64,000 nt of DNA from Rhynchobatus australiae (taxonomy: Eukaryota). The notes beneath the pieces were generated by a model. The model saw nothing but the letters and a program-made list of their open reading frames with translations. It was not told the DNA's origin and searched no databases. The translations under genes and the position numbers were made by a program. How positions within the stretch are numbered: the first letter of the stretch is position 1; each line of letters begins with the position of its first letter. Below are positions 51,787 to 64,000 of this stretch, piece by piece. The stretch is taken from positions 19,577,118-19,641,117 of the forward strand of contig JAUZTB010000027.1 of NCBI GenBank assembly GCA_034780895.1, given 5' to 3'.

Positions 51787-53029
51787 CTATGTACTTCATA
51801 CAATCACTAAAACTGATAAGTAGTTCTTTCTCCAAGCTGCTGATGCACCCATTTTCTGGGCTCTGTTGTGGTGACACGACTGGCAGCTTTGCCTTTGTGA
51901 CCTTGTCAAATCTTACTTGCTAAGGTCAGCAGCAGCCACATCAGTGTCACCTATCCCCACACAGTAAAGAATATGATTTGTCCTAAATAGGGATGTACCT
52001 GAACAATGCCTGTGTGTTCAGAATCATTTAGAATAATGACAAACAAAAAAATTACAAAACATCAAAAGTTATGTTTCTGTCTGTATTTTAAGCCCGATTG
52101 ACTTTCCCATTTCACAACCTTGTCCATGGGTTTTGATACCCTGTTGTTGTGCCACAGTGTTTCATGTGTGGCTGCTGTTTGACTGCTGCAAGCCTTCTCC
52201 CCTTCCCTTTGACTCCACTTGGGTCTTTCTGTGTTAATTATGTGCTGATCTTTGCATTCCAGTACCCCATTTGCTTTTCCTACTAATTCTTATCATTTAT
52301 ATATATTGTATTTAATTTGCTACTAATACCACTGGATTTGTGAATCCTCATTTTCTCCATTGTTTAAGTGCTCTTTGCAAATTTAACAAGCTTGCACACA
52401 TTCTCAGCAAGCAGGGAGTTCATGCAGACAAAAAGTAGTTTCAAGTACTGATTCCTATGTCACTTTACTCTAACCAAAGCTGACACTACAGGGGATGTTT
52501 TACCAAACAGCATGCCGGACTGATGGTATCACATGCTGGGCACACACATTAGGGATCCATCTGTAATATACCAGAGCTTCAGGAAGTGAACTTGCCAAGG
52601 CACTTCCTATTTGGAAATGGAAGTGTGATTTTGTAAAATAGATATTTATTCCTCTCACACAAACTCTCCATTTCCCATTCAAATAGTTCCTTATCTAGGT
52701 CTGCACTCTACCCTACATTCACATGGATTTTAAATTAATTATTAGCCTTTCATGTGGGATCTTCCCAAAAGACCGTTACATCCAAGTGAACCATCAGGAT
52801 TTCATTGACTGTTTTCTTTATGATATCTTCAAAGCAAGTAAGGAGAAATTAATTGTGACTGTTGTTAAGCTTTTGCAGCAGATGTGCCCCTCCAACAGCT
52901 CTTTGTTTCCATTGTCTTCCTCAGAATTAATGCAAGGCCAAAGGATTTATTTTTGTTGAATCAAATTTACCACATTTTTAAATCTGCTGTATTTGTTTGT
53001 AAAATATCACCACAGTAATTGACATGAAA

Positions 53030-53208
53030 TCAGAATACTGCAGATGTGGAAGTATGAAATAAAAGACCAAAATACTGGAAATAATTAGCAGGTCAGGCAG
53101 CATATGAAGAGAGAGAAATAATTCTGATGAATGGTCATGAGTGAACACTGTTTCTCTCTGCACAAATATGTCTGATGCTGAATATTTCCAACATCCTCTG
53201 TTTTTATA
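53030..53208. mobile_element. Older fold-back Penelope-derived element
   Basis: Reverse terminus (ctgcagatgtggaa...agcaggtcaggcagc...agagagaaa), then ctgatgaatggtca, then the forward terminus (tgtttctctct...gctgaatatttccaacatcctctgtttttat). Confidence 0.6.
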
Positions 53209-53811
53209 GCATGCTTGATAATTTTTCCAGTGCCCTACTAGTTCTACAGTTGTCTCCCCCATCTCCCTCTGGTATATTCTTTCTGGCTCAAGAGACTTGC
53301 TAGTGTTCAAGTCTTTCTTTTACCTTGTAAAGTATCCACTTGCATTAAAATCTGTGATATTTAATGTACCATAATATTTGGATAGTAAATAAGCATTTTC
53401 CTTCTCGGTAAACATTTCTAAAAAAAATAAACATTAAGCAATTCAATTAGTTTCCTCTGTCACTAGTTATACAACCCATTTTATCTTTAAGATGACTAAT
53501 TTCCTGCCTACTATTATGTAAGAGGTTTGTTGTAATGTGAATATTCTTGTATTAAAACAAAATAAATGTTGGCGTCAGTTTAAAATCCTAGGCAGGGACT
53601 TGATCTAGTAGCCAGTCAACCAGTTCAAGGGCACCAACAGGGACACCCAACAGACGTTATCAGCCAAGTAACATCAGTATTGACTCAGCACATGTACTGA
53701 CTGAACAAATAGCCTGTAGGCTGCCTGGCTGTAAAACTGGGCAGCAGGAGGTGACTGTCTCGAGCACAAGGTCCCAGCCCTGTTAACAGATAAGAGGTCC
53801 ATCAAGAAAGC

Positions 53812-54183
53812 AGGCAGCTCAATGGCACAGCTAGTAGAGCTGCTGCCTCATGGCTCCAGTGACCTGAGTTCAATTCTGATCTCTGGTGCTGTGTGTGTGG
53901 GCTTTGCATGTTCTCCCTGGGACTGTGTGGGTTCCTTCATGTGCTCTGGTTTTCTCCCACATCCCTAAAAATGTTGATAGGTTAATTGACCACTTTAAGT
54001 TTCCCCCTAGTGTGTAGATGAATGACAGAATCAGGGTTGGGCGATGGCAGTTGATGGGGATGTGGGAAATGTAAACTAGGGTTAGAGTATGATTCGTGTA
54101 AAGGTGGGCATTTGATGGTTGGTATGAACTCGATGGGCTGTATGGCCTGCTTCTGTGCTGAATGTCTCTATAGCTCCATGACT
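53812..54183 (+). mobile_element. HE1-type SINE, full length (tRNA head, V domain, CR1/HER1-derived tail)
   Basis: A-box tggcacagctagt, B-box gagttcaattc, V domain tttgcatgttctccctgggactgtgtggg...ttctcccacatccc, and CR1-like tail gatgggctgtatggcctgcttctgtgctg...ctatagctccatgact. Confidence 0.85.
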
Positions 54184-54234
54184 GTGGAAGGAAGAGTTGC
54201 AAGATTTCCTTGTGAAATTCAGGGATGTTCTGCA

Positions 54235-54537
54235 TTGGGCTTATAACCCAATTGTATGAACATCGAAATTTCTAATTTCAGGTAACCCACACCCCCAGTG
54301 TTCTCCTCCCACACACAGTCATCAGTCCACCTAGTTTCTCGTCTGCTTGTTCATTCCTCCTGTTCCCCACCCCTCCCCCCCACCCCATCCTGCCTGGTTC
54401 CATCCCCACCCCATCTCACTCCATCTATCACCTACCAGCCTCTATCCCATCCCACTTCCCTTGTACTGCTATATACAGGCAATCTTTTCTCTTCCCTCTC
54501 AGTCCTGATGCAGGGTCTCAACCTGAAATATTGACCT
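54235..54537 (+). mobile_element. Penelope-like element 3' end with a hammerhead-like core at 54500-54535
   Basis: The ORF tail aacccaattgtatgaacatcgaaatttctaatttcaggtaa (...MNIEFSNFR* type) is followed by a C-rich UTR and cagtcCTGATGcagggtctcaacctGAAAtattgac. Confidence 0.7.
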
Positions 54538-57399
54538 TTTGTCACATTGGAAACTCACTATTACTTCCCATCTCAGGTCATGGCCTTTTATTGCAGTGGC
54601 AATCCTGGAACTCAGTTTTCATGTTTAAAGGAGGTGGCAAACCACTGGGCAAGTATACTGCTCTTATTTTAACAACCCCANNNNNNNNNNNNNNNNNNNN
54701 NNNNNNNNNNNNNNNNNNNNNNNNNNNNNNNNNNNNNNNNNNNNNNNNNNNNNNNNNNNNNNNNNNNNNNNNNNNNNNNNNNNNNNNNNNNNNNNNNNNN
54801 NNNNNNNNNNNNNNNNNNNNNNNNNNNNNNNNNNNNNNNNNNNNNNNNNNNNNNNNNNNNNNNNNTCCCAATTATAAACACAACTGTGAGGAAAATGTTT
54901 CACTCTTCCTGCACTAAAATATTGACTGTAAAATGGGTGAATTTAAATAGAAGTTTAATAGAGCTGTATTCTTAATATCAATTGAAAAATTAAAGGTTTT
55001 ATAGTTTGACATGTTTTCTACTCTATGTTAAATATTCAGGGAGCTATTCCCAGTGAAGTTAGCAGTAACCTCCTTCAAGTCAGCTAGAATGATAGATGCA
55101 GTAATATACCAGACAATACTGTGAAGTATCAGGCTGTAGGTGGATGGTAGATATGGAGCTTAGGAGTTCCTCATAGTCTTTTGGGTAACATGGTGCACAT
55201 AATGGGTAAGGCAAGAAGGTTGCATTGGTTACGCCTTGATTTGTGCATCATGTTTATTTTCATGTAAGTTATATAACAGCCAAATAAGCAATGAAGTTTG
55301 AAATGTGAAGAGCTGGATTCTTTCCACCATCACCCAAAAAATGTGAAACTGCAGATCGCAAGTCACAAAACACTGCAGAGTATATTAAGTTGTTGTGCCT
55401 AGGCACACCATCTTTCTATTTCTTAATGTTTACTGTATCTTCTTTGAAATGATGCAGCAAGCAACTAACCTACTTTTCAGTTACAGTTTTAAAGTTTTTC
55501 TAGGGTCCCTTTGGTCAAGAAGGGATCCATTCANNNNNNNNNNCCTGTGTCTATCTGTACGCACAAGTGAGAAAATAATTTGTGGGCAAATGGGTAACAG
55601 AAAAATAAATGGAATGAATGGAATTATCCCATTTTGTTTTAAAGAGTCCTTTGTCTTTGGCATGGGCATAGTATTTCTATATTAGGACCTCAGACATATG
55701 CCTTCAGTTTAATTAATGATTTTAGTTTGGGCTTTAAGTGTAAAATAGAATAGAACTGTCCTTTCTCTCAAACTGTCACTTGTCTTAATTCTCTGGTCAG
55801 TCCTTCAAAAGAAGAATATTATTTGGCACATAATTCTGTGTTTCTTTGTAGAAATTTTGCCATGATCCGTGCATGTATAAATGAGGTTTCAGTTGCTTCC
55901 CAAAGACAGAATATTACTGCTAATTCTTTATTTTTAATCGCAGTAAGTTTTTAAAAAGAATATTCACATTTTTATAATTTCTTTGAAATGAGCTGTAAGA
56001 AAGCCTTTTGCCCTTATGAGTTTTTAAAAAAGAATTTAATTTTTTAACAGAACTTCACGGCGGACATATCATTTCAACACTTTATGCTAATCTTTGCAAA
56101 AACTTTGGCAGCCATCTTTGTCTAACACACAAAGTCATTGTTGCAGCTTTGAATGTCAGGAATGAGAAGCCTTTGAATGGTTTAAAAAACAAAGCCAAGT
56201 TTCCTCAAAGCTTTCTTTGTTGGGACAGGAAGAAGGTTGGAAAATGGTGTCAGCTGAGAATTCTTATCCATATGTCTTTCCATGTTCATCTTCGCTATTC
56301 CAAATATCCATTCCGATGCCTTCAACTGTAATATCAAGGGAGCTATGATAAGAGATAAATGAATTTCCCAAAGAAATATTAGTCTTCTAAAAGCACGCTT
56401 TTGCATTTAATTACTTTAAAATGTGCTACTTTGCCATTAGACTGCAAAGACCGAGTTTCTTTTAAATTGCACAATACATAATTTTTGACTTGTACCCTAA
56501 ATTATTACACTAAAATTGATGTTATCTTCAGTGAGTGCTAACTAGTCATCTTTTCTGATTGGGCTTTAATTCTCTTTTTTATATAAATAGAACGATTTTT
56601 CAGAAATGCCATGGGGAAAAATAGCTCCTTTTTAATGTTTTCTGTTAAGAAATTTTGGCGGTTTTTAATTTCAGCTTGTGTTGTTCAAATAACAGCAATT
56701 GAGGGGAGATCTCATTCGATAAATATGTGACACAGCAGGCAGACTGCAATAATAAAAATGAATCAAATTGCAGTGGCTGTAGGCCACCCAACTTTCCTTA
56801 CTGAGGAAAGGTTCTTTGGGTGTGTGGGGTAGAAATGGTTGAAATTGGTAAAAGCTGCACCGTGGTTTGATTACCAGACTTCATGACATATAGCAGCAAT
56901 AACAGTGGCGCTTTAGGGATTCATCTTGCTAAGGAGACATCATGGTTTCCGCATTATATATTTAAGCAGTCATGAATGGGAAGGTATTAGTAGATATTTG
57001 GTGAACTATCTTTACTAGTTATTAGGCATGGGATGCATTGGTACAATTATGAAGAAACATGATTAAGACAAATATGAATCTGTGTACACACTTGAACACA
57101 TTACTTTGAAAACTGTAGGCAAAAAATAGTGCAAACATATAATGTACTACTTCATCTGACAATTAGTTTTTGATATTTTGATGGTAAGTTACTGTTTTAA
57201 ACACTTTAACCATAATCTGGTGGAAAGATGGAAAAAAACGATTTTGCCTCTTAACTATATCTCAAATCAGCACAGTAATTAATTATTTTAAATCAAAATA
57301 GTGACTGCATGCAAATGTGGCATGGAAGGATCTCATCCACTGCAATATATTGAAGGACTGATTAATTTGTTTCTCATGGAGTAAGCTAAGATACAAATG

Positions 57400-57560
57400 A
57401 GCCAGAACACCAGGAGAACTTGGTGTTCTTTAAATAGTGCTGTGAGATATTTGGCATCTGGTCAAAGCAGTGAAACAGATAAACAGGTTAATACTTCACA
57501 TGCGGCATGAATTGCCAGCCTAGATTAAGTGCCTCAAACATGGAATCGTATTTGAACATA
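57400..57560 (-). mobile_element. Degenerate Deu-domain SINE fragment
   Basis: aacaccaggagaact...aaatagtgctgtgagatattt...cagcctagattaagtgc...tttgaac follows the reverse complement of the DeuSINE consensus. Confidence 0.45.
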
Positions 57561-59039
57561 TTTTTAAGGTCATTACTTGAAGCCCCAGTCTTCCATATAC
57601 AGGCATTATCCTATGCTGTATTTTGTAACTGTTTACTTGGCAAATAAATTGGCCACAATGAAAATGTATGACATACATACTTGTCAAGTTATAATCCACA
57701 TCGGCATTCTAACATTTTTCTGATAATACAGTTTAGCGATGTCTTTTGTGTTGTGAATGAATTTGTGTATACCCATTAACACCAATTAGAATTCAAACTC
57801 CATAAACAGATTATTTTTAGGAACACAACTACCCTTTAATTTTGGGAACTTGACCATTCTTTTGTTCTTTACTGACTCTCCATTATTTAAGTACTAATGA
57901 CATCATTGGAGACCCAGTTTGGAGAACATATTGATTTAATTAGCAAGCAGTTGCCAAAGCATGAAATGAAAACAGAAAAATCTAGCAACAGTCAGTAAAA
58001 TATTAAACTTAGATCAAGGGTTATACCCACGATGCTGAGGACGCTGATCATGTAATACTGTTTATTCCAGTGCTACTCAACTGAAAATTAAGCTAACGAC
58101 TATTTCCGGATTATTTCATGTCACTCTGGAAATTGGACTGGGCCCTTCCTGGTGTGAGTCCGAATTGTACTCCAAACTCCTTGTTTGGTGTGTTTCAAGT
58201 GATGCGTGTCCTGCCCCCAAATATCCCTTCCAGGCCCCATCACGCAGTGGCCTCCTTGATTGTTCACATGGGCCCTAATTGGGTCTCTGATCTGTGGCCT
58301 CTTTTGCCCAACACCCATTCTCCTTCCGACTTGGCAGATGGTGCAAATGAAGAAAATAAATCTGATGTTGCCACAGTTTTCAAAACAGCATTAAAATTTG
58401 CATTGACAGGTTCATGATTGAAATGGTAATGTGTTTCTTATGGCACATTAGAATTCCTAGGCCTGATTTTTGTCCCCAGTATTATCAGATGTTGCCTGCC
58501 TTTCTGCATGATGGAGCAATTGCAATTTTATTTTTCAGATTTTTATCACCTCAGTATTGTCTTTTTCTTTGTAAAATACCTGCATTTAATTACAGTGGAG
58601 GTGAAATTTTAACCTCTTTTGAATTATGTAGAGTGAGTTCTAGTGATGCAGTCATGGCCTGTTAATCTCAGTCTGAGCAGGTGACAGGAAGTGGATCCAA
58701 AGCCACAGGAAACCCAGGATGGTAATATTTTTTCAAATAGCTTTTCCTGGGACCACATCAAATCTTTTATTTCCTCAGCAAAAAAATTTGAAACTGCTCC
58801 AAATTCCAGCATTCGCAGTCTCTTGTGTACTTTTTACCTCCAACCTGGACTTTCATCCTCTTCACCTCATCAAATGGCATTTTCTGAGATTGTGACCAGA
58901 ACATAGCCTCTCTGCAGCCTTTGATCTATTCCACCCCTCATGTTGTGTGGTAAAACTGTTGTCATTTGGTACCACTCTTAACTGTCCAGTTGCCTGTCCA
59001 CTGCATATTTTTCATCTACTTGTATCTCATATTTTCATG

Positions 59040-59197
59040 TGAGAGAGGAGGCCATTCAGCCTATTGAGGCTGTGTCAGCTGTCAGAACAGTCCCATCAAT
59101 CCTATTCCCCCAATTATTGTCATCTCTCTCACATGCCCATTAACTCCCCCCCAATTCTCCTACTACCTGCCAACAGAGAAGGTTGTTTACAGTGGGC
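59040..59197 (-). mobile_element. HE1-like SINE 3' portion
   Basis: ggaggccattcagcctattgag...cacatgcccattaactccccccaattctcc is the reverse complement of an HE1-type tail (compare 54020-54170). Confidence 0.55.
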
Positions 59198-59479
59198 ATG
59201 CTGCCATCCTAAAACAAGTTCTACATCTGGATTGACAGGAAGTGTTGCCTGCCTAATCATTTAGCAGCCAGTCTGAGGTGATTCCTTAAGTACCGATTTA
59301 TTTTGTCTCACCAAAAACTGCATTCCCTTGCCACAGAAAAGATGTCTGAGAACACAGAAAATGTAGAGAATGTTGTACTGTAGGACTGATAAAGAGCAGA
59401 TTATTGCAAGGAGATCTGTGGATGATGGCCAGAACCATCCTCCCTCCCTCTCTGCCCTTTCATTCCAAATCTTTTTTTA

Positions 59480-59615
59480 TCTCTTAACCATTTCTAGTCT
59501 AACAAAGGGTCATTGATCTGAAACGTTATTTCTGATCCTCTCTCCACAGATGCTTCCTAATCCAGAGTATTTCCAACATATTCTAGTTTTATTTCAGACT
59601 TGCAGCATCTGCCAA
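59480..59615 (+). mobile_element. Penelope-like terminus
   Basis: ctaacaaagggtcattgatctgaaacgtta...ctctctccacagatgct...gagtatttccaacat...tttatttcagacttgcagcatctgc. Confidence 0.65.
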
Positions 59616-59919
59616 ATTTTATGTTACAATTATTTTATTCCCATTTAAAGTTCCTCTAAATCTATTTTGTGCATTCCACTTGTATCATTACCATCCCCAT
59701 TGGCTTGTATCTTTGTCTCTTTGGATATTCAGTCTCTCCTGCCTTCCACATTTCCTTTTTTTTTCTTTAACTTTCTGCCCTTTCCTGCTTCTGTACTTAT
59801 TCAAAACTTGATAAATAAATGAAGAATAACATGTATGCATGAATATTGTTTGCAGCTCAGTAAAATATCCAAATGCTTGTCATGTATTAGAGTGCCACTG
59901 GAACAATGATAATGCTCTC

Positions 59920-60038
59920 GAAAGACAAAAAGCTGCAGATGCTGAAAAAGGCAATAAAAACAATACTCAGCAGGTCAGGTAGCATTCAGTAGAGAGAGAA
60001 ACAGTAATATATCAGCTCAGTGATCCTTCATCAGAACC
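59920..60038 (-). mobile_element. Penelope-like terminus with a CTGATGA core
   Basis: The reverse complement reads gttCTGATGAaggatcactgagctgatatattactgtttctctctc...cctgacctgctgagtatt...cagcatctgcagc. Confidence 0.65.
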
Positions 60039-62835
60039 AATAATGCTCCACTGGTGTTGCAACTGTCACTATGTTGCCAAGGCCGAGAGAAGAGCTGACT
60101 AATTTGTGTATCCTTATTTTGTTGACTCTGTAGCTCACAGTTTGTTCCTTAGTTTTTCTGCTGATTAATGTGGTGGGCTTCTTCTGGTGTACTTTGTTTC
60201 CCTTGGGAGGTGTGTGTACTGCCCAACCACTTTAACTCAAGTTTCAGTCACTACCTTTTCCAATCCTAGTTACTAACTGAAATGCTAAGTAATAAGGTTG
60301 CTGCTAGTTTTAAAGGGCTTACGATGATGAGTAATTTGGATTACTGGAAGTTTTGAATTGCAGTCTACCCCTCCTTGACAGCTGCTGTGCTTGATCAGTG
60401 AAACGTAACGTCTTTGGTATCTGTTTAGGAAATCCCAGTCTGCCTGGAAGACATTGAGCTGGCTGGAGAGAAGGCAGCATTGTCTACTTTTCATAATGCA
60501 TAGACTTTCGTGCACAAAAAAAGCAGACAGGCATCTCCTAAGAATTAGAAACAGCTACTTCTGTTACCTAACCACGCAAGAAACAGTGACAGTGTCTAGT
60601 TTTGATGTGATTGGGGTGCAGCTTGTTTTTTTTGCTGAATTAAAATTTAAGTTGGACTCAAATCTTTCTTAACTCCTTGTTTAGTGCTGAATAAAACCAG
60701 CATTTCCTTGAAATGCAGGCATTGACTTGAAATTGCATGTAGACATCCTATTTTGATTGTCTCTTTCATATTTCATATTTTTTCATATTTCATTGGGTTT
60801 TTTTGTCTGGTTTTATTTGTAAAAAAGATTGGAATTTTGCAGACATCAATCTGTGAAGTGTGAATGTGTTAATCTGTGCATGATTGTTGTAGAATCTATT
60901 TGGCCAAATTAGGTTACAGAATCATGACTTGATCATGGCATGCTGAACATTGTCCAGCAGCAGGTCAACACTTGTTACTGGCAGCTTTTCCCAGGGTAAG
61001 TAGTGAGCATAACTCAGATTTCCCATTCAGACCTTATTAACCCAGATTTCAAACCATGGCATCCCTCTCTCCTAGTGAGGAAGCTCATAGAAGACCTGCA
61101 AAATGCAAACCATGGAAATTAATAACAAGTGACCTGCTCCTTCAATGCAAATTACATAACTCACTGTTATCTTCCTCCAACTGTACCAGCACTTGTCACT
61201 TCATTAACTGTGTTAGCTTTAGAGAAATAGAAGCAGCTGGAGGTGATCAAGATGAGGATTTTATACAGCTACTGGCAATCGTTTACCAGACTGACTGACC
61301 CTTTGGGTGGCTAAACTTAGCATATCCATCAGTTTTAGTTTGTTTATTGTTGTCCAAGCATTTCCACTGTCCCCTCTCTAAAGCTAGGAAATATCACTGT
61401 ACCTGACTGTAATGTGGGTCCATTTATCCATGAAATGCAGGCAACATTGGCAAAGCTTTAATTGTACAGCCAAGTACATTGTGTTATTACTGAACCAACA
61501 TGTTGGTATACAGGGGAAGGTGGCGCTGAAAGGCATTAATGATCCAAAATGTGGTTAGATCTACTGACTTAAACAACCTCACGTGTAAATATTAAGAGAT
61601 AACTCGTGCTTCACATGTATGGACACACTGATACTTTGCTCCATTTCAACAACACAGGATGTAAATTAAATCATTACGAATTTAATGTGCAAAATAAGAG
61701 CTAATCACAAGATCAGAATTATACAGTTGTTGCATTGCGTTCGAGCTAACTGCCTTCATAAATCTCGTAAATTTAATTTGACTTTATTGCATTTTCTTTG
61801 TATTTAAAAGATATCTGGTTCCAATTCCTTATTGGCTTAAGGAGTAATTTTTCTATAGTTTTTCAAATGTAACTATCTTTGCAGTTGTTCAATTGAAAAT
61901 AAATGCAGTTAAAGGAAAATGCTTTAACTGAAAATAAAGCTCGTACTGAGTTGCTTAGGAGAGGATGATGGAATTGAAATGGGGGCTATGGAGTAAGTTT
62001 TCTTGGGTTTCTGATTGTTTTACATCACATGCATAGCTGAGAAATTTTATTTTGAAATTCTTTAAGAACCACAGTACATGCAGTAGGACTGTTTTTAAAT
62101 CTTTGCCTGAAGGACTTAGAAAGAAAAGAAATTAACTTTTAATATCTTTAAAATTTTGTCATCCTGCTTTCTTTCTGAAATGAAAAACAACTGTGGTCTG
62201 GATAAATCCTTTTTAATCTAACACGTCTGTTCAAAAGGAAATTGTTTGATTTTTTTTGCAGCAGTAGTTCAGAATGACCTTGTGTCTGTGTATTCCAGAA
62301 CGTGGCAATAATCTGAGGAATAGATAGGCATGTATTGTTCAGCAGTTGTCATCAGAATCGATTGGTAATTAAAATCCTGAAACTTAAATATGGCAGGTTT
62401 TAAATCCTTTTCGTGTTGAACCAATTCACTTATACGGAAGTATTTCCCAAATATGCAAAGAATTTAATGAATGAATATTATTAAAGGAGCAGATTTATTT
62501 TCTCAAAGATGAATGATTTTAATTGAAAGCATAAACCATCACTTTAAAGTTGTTTCTTTGGATTGCTTGTTGTTTAGTCTCCAATGTCATTAGCACAAAA
62601 GTATTCCTAAATAGATAATGAAAGCCAGAGGGCTTTTTTTTTTGATAAAGTAAATCATTGGCTAAATTTATCTTTATTTGTGTATGTATGAAAACTACAT
62701 TCTTGACTACATAGTGGCGTCAGGGTAGTGTACAGGTTTCTCCTCTTTTACTTTTGAACTCACTCTTGAGCATTTTCAGAAATGTAACCTTCACAACCAA
62801 AGTGCAAACACTAAAGTTTAATATTTGTTTGCCTT

Positions 62836-63063
62836 TTAGAACATAGAACATAGAAAAACTACGGCACAATTCAGGCCCTTCGGCCCACAAAGCTGTGCCG
62901 AACATGTCCCNNNNNNNNNNNNNNNNNNNNNNNNNNNNNNNNNNNNNNNNNNNNNNNNNNNNNNNNNNNNNNNNNNNNNNNNNNNNNNNNNNNNNNNNNN
63001 NNNNNNNNNNCTACCCTAGAAATTACTATGCTTACCCATAGCCCTCTATTTTACTTAGCTCCA
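62836..63063 (-). mobile_element. Young CR1 3' tail spanning a spurious 100-N gap
   Basis: agaacatagaacatagaaaaactacggcacaattcaggcccttcggcccacaaagctgtgccgaacatgtccc|ctaccctag...gcttacccatagccctctatttt is collinear with the ungapped copy at 32450-32580. Confidence 0.85.
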
Positions 63064-63244
63064 TCCTTTTGCAAAAACATACCCAAATTAATTACGACAG
63101 ATGAATTCTGTTCAACAGAAACAATGACATTTCATCCAAAGCTAAATGATTCACATTGGTCCAAAGCTAAACTTTAGACATTGAAAATACATTAATTTCT
63201 GTGGATGTTTTCTGCTTTAGATTATTTTAAAATGCATTTACATT

Positions 63245-63360
63245 TGAACATAAGAAAATAGGAGTAAGAGTCAGCCATTTTAACCTCCCAAGCTTTTTCT
63301 GCCACTTGGTAGATTGTTGCTCAACCATATCTCAAAACCATTTATCCATCTCACTCAATC
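63245..63360 (-). mobile_element. Old CR1 3' tail fragment
   Basis: gaacataagaaaataggagtaagagtcagccatt resembles the CR1 tail at 23700 (cataagatataggagtagaattaggccatt). Confidence 0.5.
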
Positions 63361-64000
63361 ATGTGCCTGGTAGACACCAGTTAAAGTGAATAGGATTTGG
63401 ATTTAAATCTTTGTTGTTGTATTAGACATGTGCTTCTTCTGATATCCAATCAGATCTACCACAAAATGATCATGACATGCCTAAAAGTATGTGAAAACAA
63501 GTGTTGAGGTGGTTTATATCCAGGTACATGCCCTAAAAAAAGAACTGTGCATCTCCTTACCAGATCTGCGTGAAAAGCACTGTACAACCACATCTTTGCA
63601 TATTGATCACTGGGTAGGATGTCAGACTCTAAAGGAACTCTCCCCAAAACAGCTTTGGAACAGTTGCATAAATGCCTACTGAGGAAGTGACAGAAAAGGT
63701 GATGGGGATTGGGGTGCAGTGGTGGAAATGTTGCCCTTCTGTTGGTGTGGGAATGCCAGCACGTGACCATCAGCCCTGTCTACATCTCTTGCTGCTGCGA
63801 ATTGATCTGCAAAGGGGCAGTCATTCATGAGGTTACAAATGTCCTGAGCATTGAAGACAGAGTTTAGCTGATGGTGTGTGTAAGGTATAAATATCAGAAT
63901 GGAAACCTTTCAATTGATATCTCCTTGCTGATCCCAGTGCATTGTGCTCCTAGTATTTTCGTGAATTTAAAACAAAGGTTGTAGGTTGCACCCAAAGGTT

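Noticed and set aside
53812-53895. tRNA-like A/B boxes (also at 20460, 31980, 44647, 45050)
   Set aside because: These are SINE heads continuous with V-domain sequence, not tRNA genes.
58338-58409. 72-bp phase 1/1 open exon candidate (DGANEENKSDVATVFKTALKFALT) as the next ZFHX3 exon
   Set aside because: It has no similarity to the expected acidic ~81-bp exon (EEAIEDVEGPSETAADPEE... in human), and the donor (gttcat) is weak.
61221-61298. Acidic peptide EIEAAGGDQDEDF as the next ZFHX3 exon
   Set aside because: Wrong phase: a phase-1 join hits TAG immediately, and there is no donor before the stop.

Overview
AT-rich, gap-containing vertebrate genomic DNA, not prokaryotic. The repeat complement (HE1/V-SINEs, SacSINE1/Deu-type SINE, CR1, L2, Rex1/Babar-type LINEs, Penelope-like termini) points to a cartilaginous fish (shark or ray); this is an inference. 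Only two protein-coding exons are well supported, both on the + strand with canonical splice sites: a 56-bp SPOP exon (5137-5192, BTB domain) and a 232-bp ZFHX3/ATBF1 zinc-finger exon (35141-35372). No neighbouring exon of either gene is visible, and the two genes are unlinked in human, so the scaffold is either mis-joined or carries a stray SPOP fragment. The rest is intron-type DNA with many decayed transposons. The most interesting signals are about 10 Penelope-derived termini carrying decayed minimal hammerhead-ribozyme cores (one is a 203-bp fold-back insertion with a 13-bp target-site duplication), nested retroposon stacks, two possible Harbinger Myb/SANT fossils and several candidate conserved enhancers. 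Several 100-N gaps hide overlaps rather than missing sequence. I found no convincing new biological system. Most ORFs in the supplied track are spurious, repeat-derived or N-filled. Repeat boundaries are estimates by eye (tens of bp).
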